From positions 143,948 to 207,947 of the forward strand of contig CDMY01000027.1 in the NCBI GenBank assembly GCA_001179505.1: DNA of 64,000 nucleotides. The letters are read 5' to 3'. The notes under the pieces were generated by a model. It saw nothing but the letters and a program-made list of their open reading frames with translations. It was not told the origin of the DNA and ran no database searches. The stretch comes from Vitrella brassicaformis CCMP3155. Taxonomy: Eukaryota > Protista > Chromerida. Both the position numbers and the translations under genes were made by a program. Positions 61,501 to 64,000 of this stretch are shown one piece after another (positions within the stretch are counted from its first letter, which is position 1; every line of letters begins with the position of its first letter).

Positions 61501-64000
61501 GACAGCACCTGCTGGCCTCTTGGCCGCTTCGCCCTGTTTCCACGTGACCTCCCAGAGGATGTCCCTCGGGATGCCTACGGGCGGCGTGGTGTCCATCTGC
61601 CGCAGGCTGACGTTCTTCAGGTAGGCGGCCATCCGGCCCCTGGTGTCCTGAATGACCACATCGATGGTGGCAGCACGCTCTTCGCGCTTCAGCAGGCGGG
61701 CGTGGCTCCACAGCTCGCTCGACGGGCTCATACGCGCCAGTGAGACCCTCTCCACCCTCGCGGGCACCAGAACTGCCTTAGTATTCCCCTTGCCGGAGTG
61801 ATCGGCCGCGAGTACCGCAGCGGCTGACTGCAGCGCACCGTCTAGGATGGCGGGATGCAGCCGGAAGCCTCCCTCGAATGGCTTGATGGGCGGGTCGAGC
61901 TTGAGCAGGGCCAGAGCCTGGTCGTCCGACACCAACAGCTCCCTCACCGTCTGGAACCTCGGACCGTACGCCAAACCGATCTCCTTGAGCTGCGTGTAGA
62001 ACTCTGCAACTGGGGCGACCTTGTTGCACCGGTGTTTGAGGGCCGTGAGGTCCTCCACCAGGTCTCTCTCGCCGTCCCCCGCACCCGCGACCTTGACCAA
62101 ACGGGCGGTGGCATGCGGCACAAAGTCCTCCTCGCCTGGCGCCCGTGTGGAGACCTCGACGGCCATGGGGGGCATGGCAGCGTCGGCATCGGTGGTCGGC
62201 TGCTTCTCGACGGTGACACGGAGGGTGGGCATCTTCGGCTCAGGGTGGTGTTTGTCGTCAGCTTTGGCCAGCATGAGCGGCCGCTCGAACGACACCTCCT
62301 CCAGGTGCACCAGCTCCTCCGCCGATGACGTCTTGGCGCCCCTCTCCGCCTGCGCAGCCGCCAGGCCTGCACAGGCCATAATGTCAATCCACCCTGCGCC
62401 AGGCATCAGAGGCACGCCTGCGTAAAAATCAAGACATAGAAACACAGCCAGCCACATGATGTGTTTTTCAAGCAGCAAGGAGGTGTGTGCTTCGAAGGTC
62501 AGGCCGGTCGGGGTCGTGTGCCGGCGACCGAGCGCAGGATGGGCCGCCTCGACCCACGGAAAGCTCCGGTGCTTCCACTGGTGAGTGCCCTTGAGCTTGG
62601 CGAGGCACGTCGCGACCGTCAGGCTGACACCGTCCTGGTCGTCCTTGGTGGGGTCCATGGGCGCCAGCCAATGCAGGTCCATCTCTTGGGCAACGTCTTG
62701 CAGGCACTGCTTGCCCATTCCGATAAGTGTGGGCCGTGGGCCAACCTCAACGATCACACGGGCGCCGGCCTCGACCATGGCTCGCATGCCGTCCATGAAG
62801 CGGACGGGGTGGGGGATGTGATTTGCCCAGTACTCGCCCCTCACGACCTCGTCGCCGGCCACCTTGCCGCTGACGTTGGACACCAGGGGGATCTTGGGCG
62901 TCTTGAGGTCCACGGTCGACAGCACCTGCTGGAAGGGAGCCACCGTCTCGGCCATCAGCGGCGAGTGGAAGGCATGTGACACTCTGAGGAGCTTGTAACG
63001 GCCCCCCACGTTGAGCGCCTTCATCACGGCCTCGACCTCGCCCCGCTTGCCAGACACCACCACACTCTTGGGGCCGTTGACAGCCGCCACAGAGACGGTC
63101 CTGGTCTGATCCTCGCCAACGGATGCGATGCCCTTGAGCACCTCCTCCTCGCTGAGACGACAGGCGGCCATGACGCCATCATTCTGTGGAGCGTCGTTCA
63201 TGATTCGTGCTCGTTCCGCGATGAGCTTGAGTCCGTCTTCGAGGCTCATGACGCCGGCGACCGTGGCGGCCACGTACTCGCCCAGGCTGTGGCCCATGAC
63301 CACATCGGGCGTCACACCACGGCTCCGCAGCAGCTCAGCCAACGAGTACTCGACAGCGAAGATCAGCGGCTGGGAGAACCGAGTCTGGTCGATGAGCTTC
63401 TGCATTCTGACCTTGTCCTTGTCGGTCTTGGGGTAGAGGATGCCCGTAAGTGGAACGGGCAGCAGCGGATCCAAGATGGTCGCGCACTCGTCGATGCACT
63501 CCCGGAATACCTCCTCGTTGCCATAGAGCTTGCGCCCCATCTCGACGTACTGGGAACCCTGCCCGGTGAACATGAACCCGATCTTGTTCTGCAGCGCCGC
63601 CGGCGCCTTGTCCTCGTTGAGCATCTCATCGATCTGCGCGGCACTGAGCGCCTTGGTCTCCACCAGGATATGGGCATTGGCGCCACCGAATCCGAATGAG
63701 CTGACGCCGCCGACCATGCCGTCCTTGCCCGGCAGACCGGACACCAGTGGCACTGGCTCGGTGGGAAAGACCACTGGGAAGGTGTCGTTCATCGCTAAGT
63801 AGGAGTTCAGCTGAGTGAAGTGCAGATTGGGGGCCGCGCAGCCGTGCAGGAGCGTCATGATGAGCTTCGCGAGACCCGCTATGCCCGCGGATCCCTCCAA
63901 GTGGCCGATATTGGTCTTGAGTGCACCCAGCACAAGAGGATTCTTGTCACTGCGGCCAGGGCCGAACACAGCCTTCAGGGCGCCGAACTCGATGGGGTCG
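52592..64000 (-). CDS. Modular type I polyketide synthase, 3' part: KS(partial)-AT-DH-linker-[gap]-DH'-linker-ER-[gap]-ER-KR-ACP-KS-sulfotransferase-like; extends beyond window end
   Basis: KS KTNIGHLEGSAG; AT FTGQGSQ, GHSLGE, HAFHS; DH HPAILDGALQ; ER VLVHAASGGVG (two copies); KR YVITGGFGGLG, NYSAAN; ACP LGIDSLGAVE; KS2 DTGCSSS, HGTGT, GHPEAASG; ST IEQPIFVVG...YPGAKIIFAHRD. Introns 56383-56447, 54902-54964, ~53527-53630, ~53062-53169. Confidence 0.95.
58025..58324. other. Assembly gap (300 N placeholder)
   Basis: Run of N. Confidence 1.
60676..60975. other. Assembly gap (300 N placeholder)
   Basis: Run of N. Confidence 1.

Noticed and set aside
55263-63802. Long plus-strand ORFs overlapping the PKS (e.g. 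56331-57338, 57988-59250)
   Set aside because: Antisense shadows of a GC-rich coding strand, some inflated by N runs; no domain motifs
40272-64000. Biosynthetic gene cluster linking the PKS with GALNT, expansin and others
   Set aside because: The neighbours are housekeeping or unrelated (TSEN54, protein O-glycosyltransferase). No tailoring enzyme or transporter for the polyketide is evident in this window.
1-64000. rRNA, tRNA or transposon ORFs
   Set aside because: No recognisable cloverleaf, rRNA signature, RT/integrase/transposase motif or terminal repeat seen by eye; tRNAscan/RepeatModeler were not run

Overview
This is intron-rich, GC-rich eukaryotic genomic DNA with microsatellite-filled introns (gtgt/ctgt/ggat). 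The intron style and the gene set (type I PKS, ppGalNAc-T, KCTD-type BTB protein, bipartite targeting peptides) suggest a chromerid alveolate such as Vitrella brassicaformis; that assignment is inference, not a database result. About 18 spliced protein-coding loci were reconstructed by eye. They are: the 5' end of an MDR alcohol dehydrogenase; a probable plastid-targeted membrane protein; a coiled-coil hypothetical; a giant coiled-coil protein; a multi-TM protein with three PAS domains; a MYND-finger protein; a second coiled-coil protein; a WWE + NYN/PIN RNase fusion; a SET methyltransferase; a small secreted 10-Cys peptide; a disabled CDK; a signal-peptide thioredoxin-PUB protein; a frameshifted BTB-FKBP-like gene; an expansin-trefoil-TM protein; TSEN54; a ppGalNAc-T; a frameshifted lineage-family gene; and the 3' 11.4 kb of a modular, fully reducing type I PKS. 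The PKS is the most unusual locus. It ends KR-ACP-KS-sulfotransferase, with no terminal AT, ACP or TE, the sulfotransferase PAPS motifs are degenerate, and two 300-N gaps probably hide additional near-identical modules. No rRNA, tRNA, CRISPR array or transposon could be recognised. Exon boundaries are manual predictions without RNA support.
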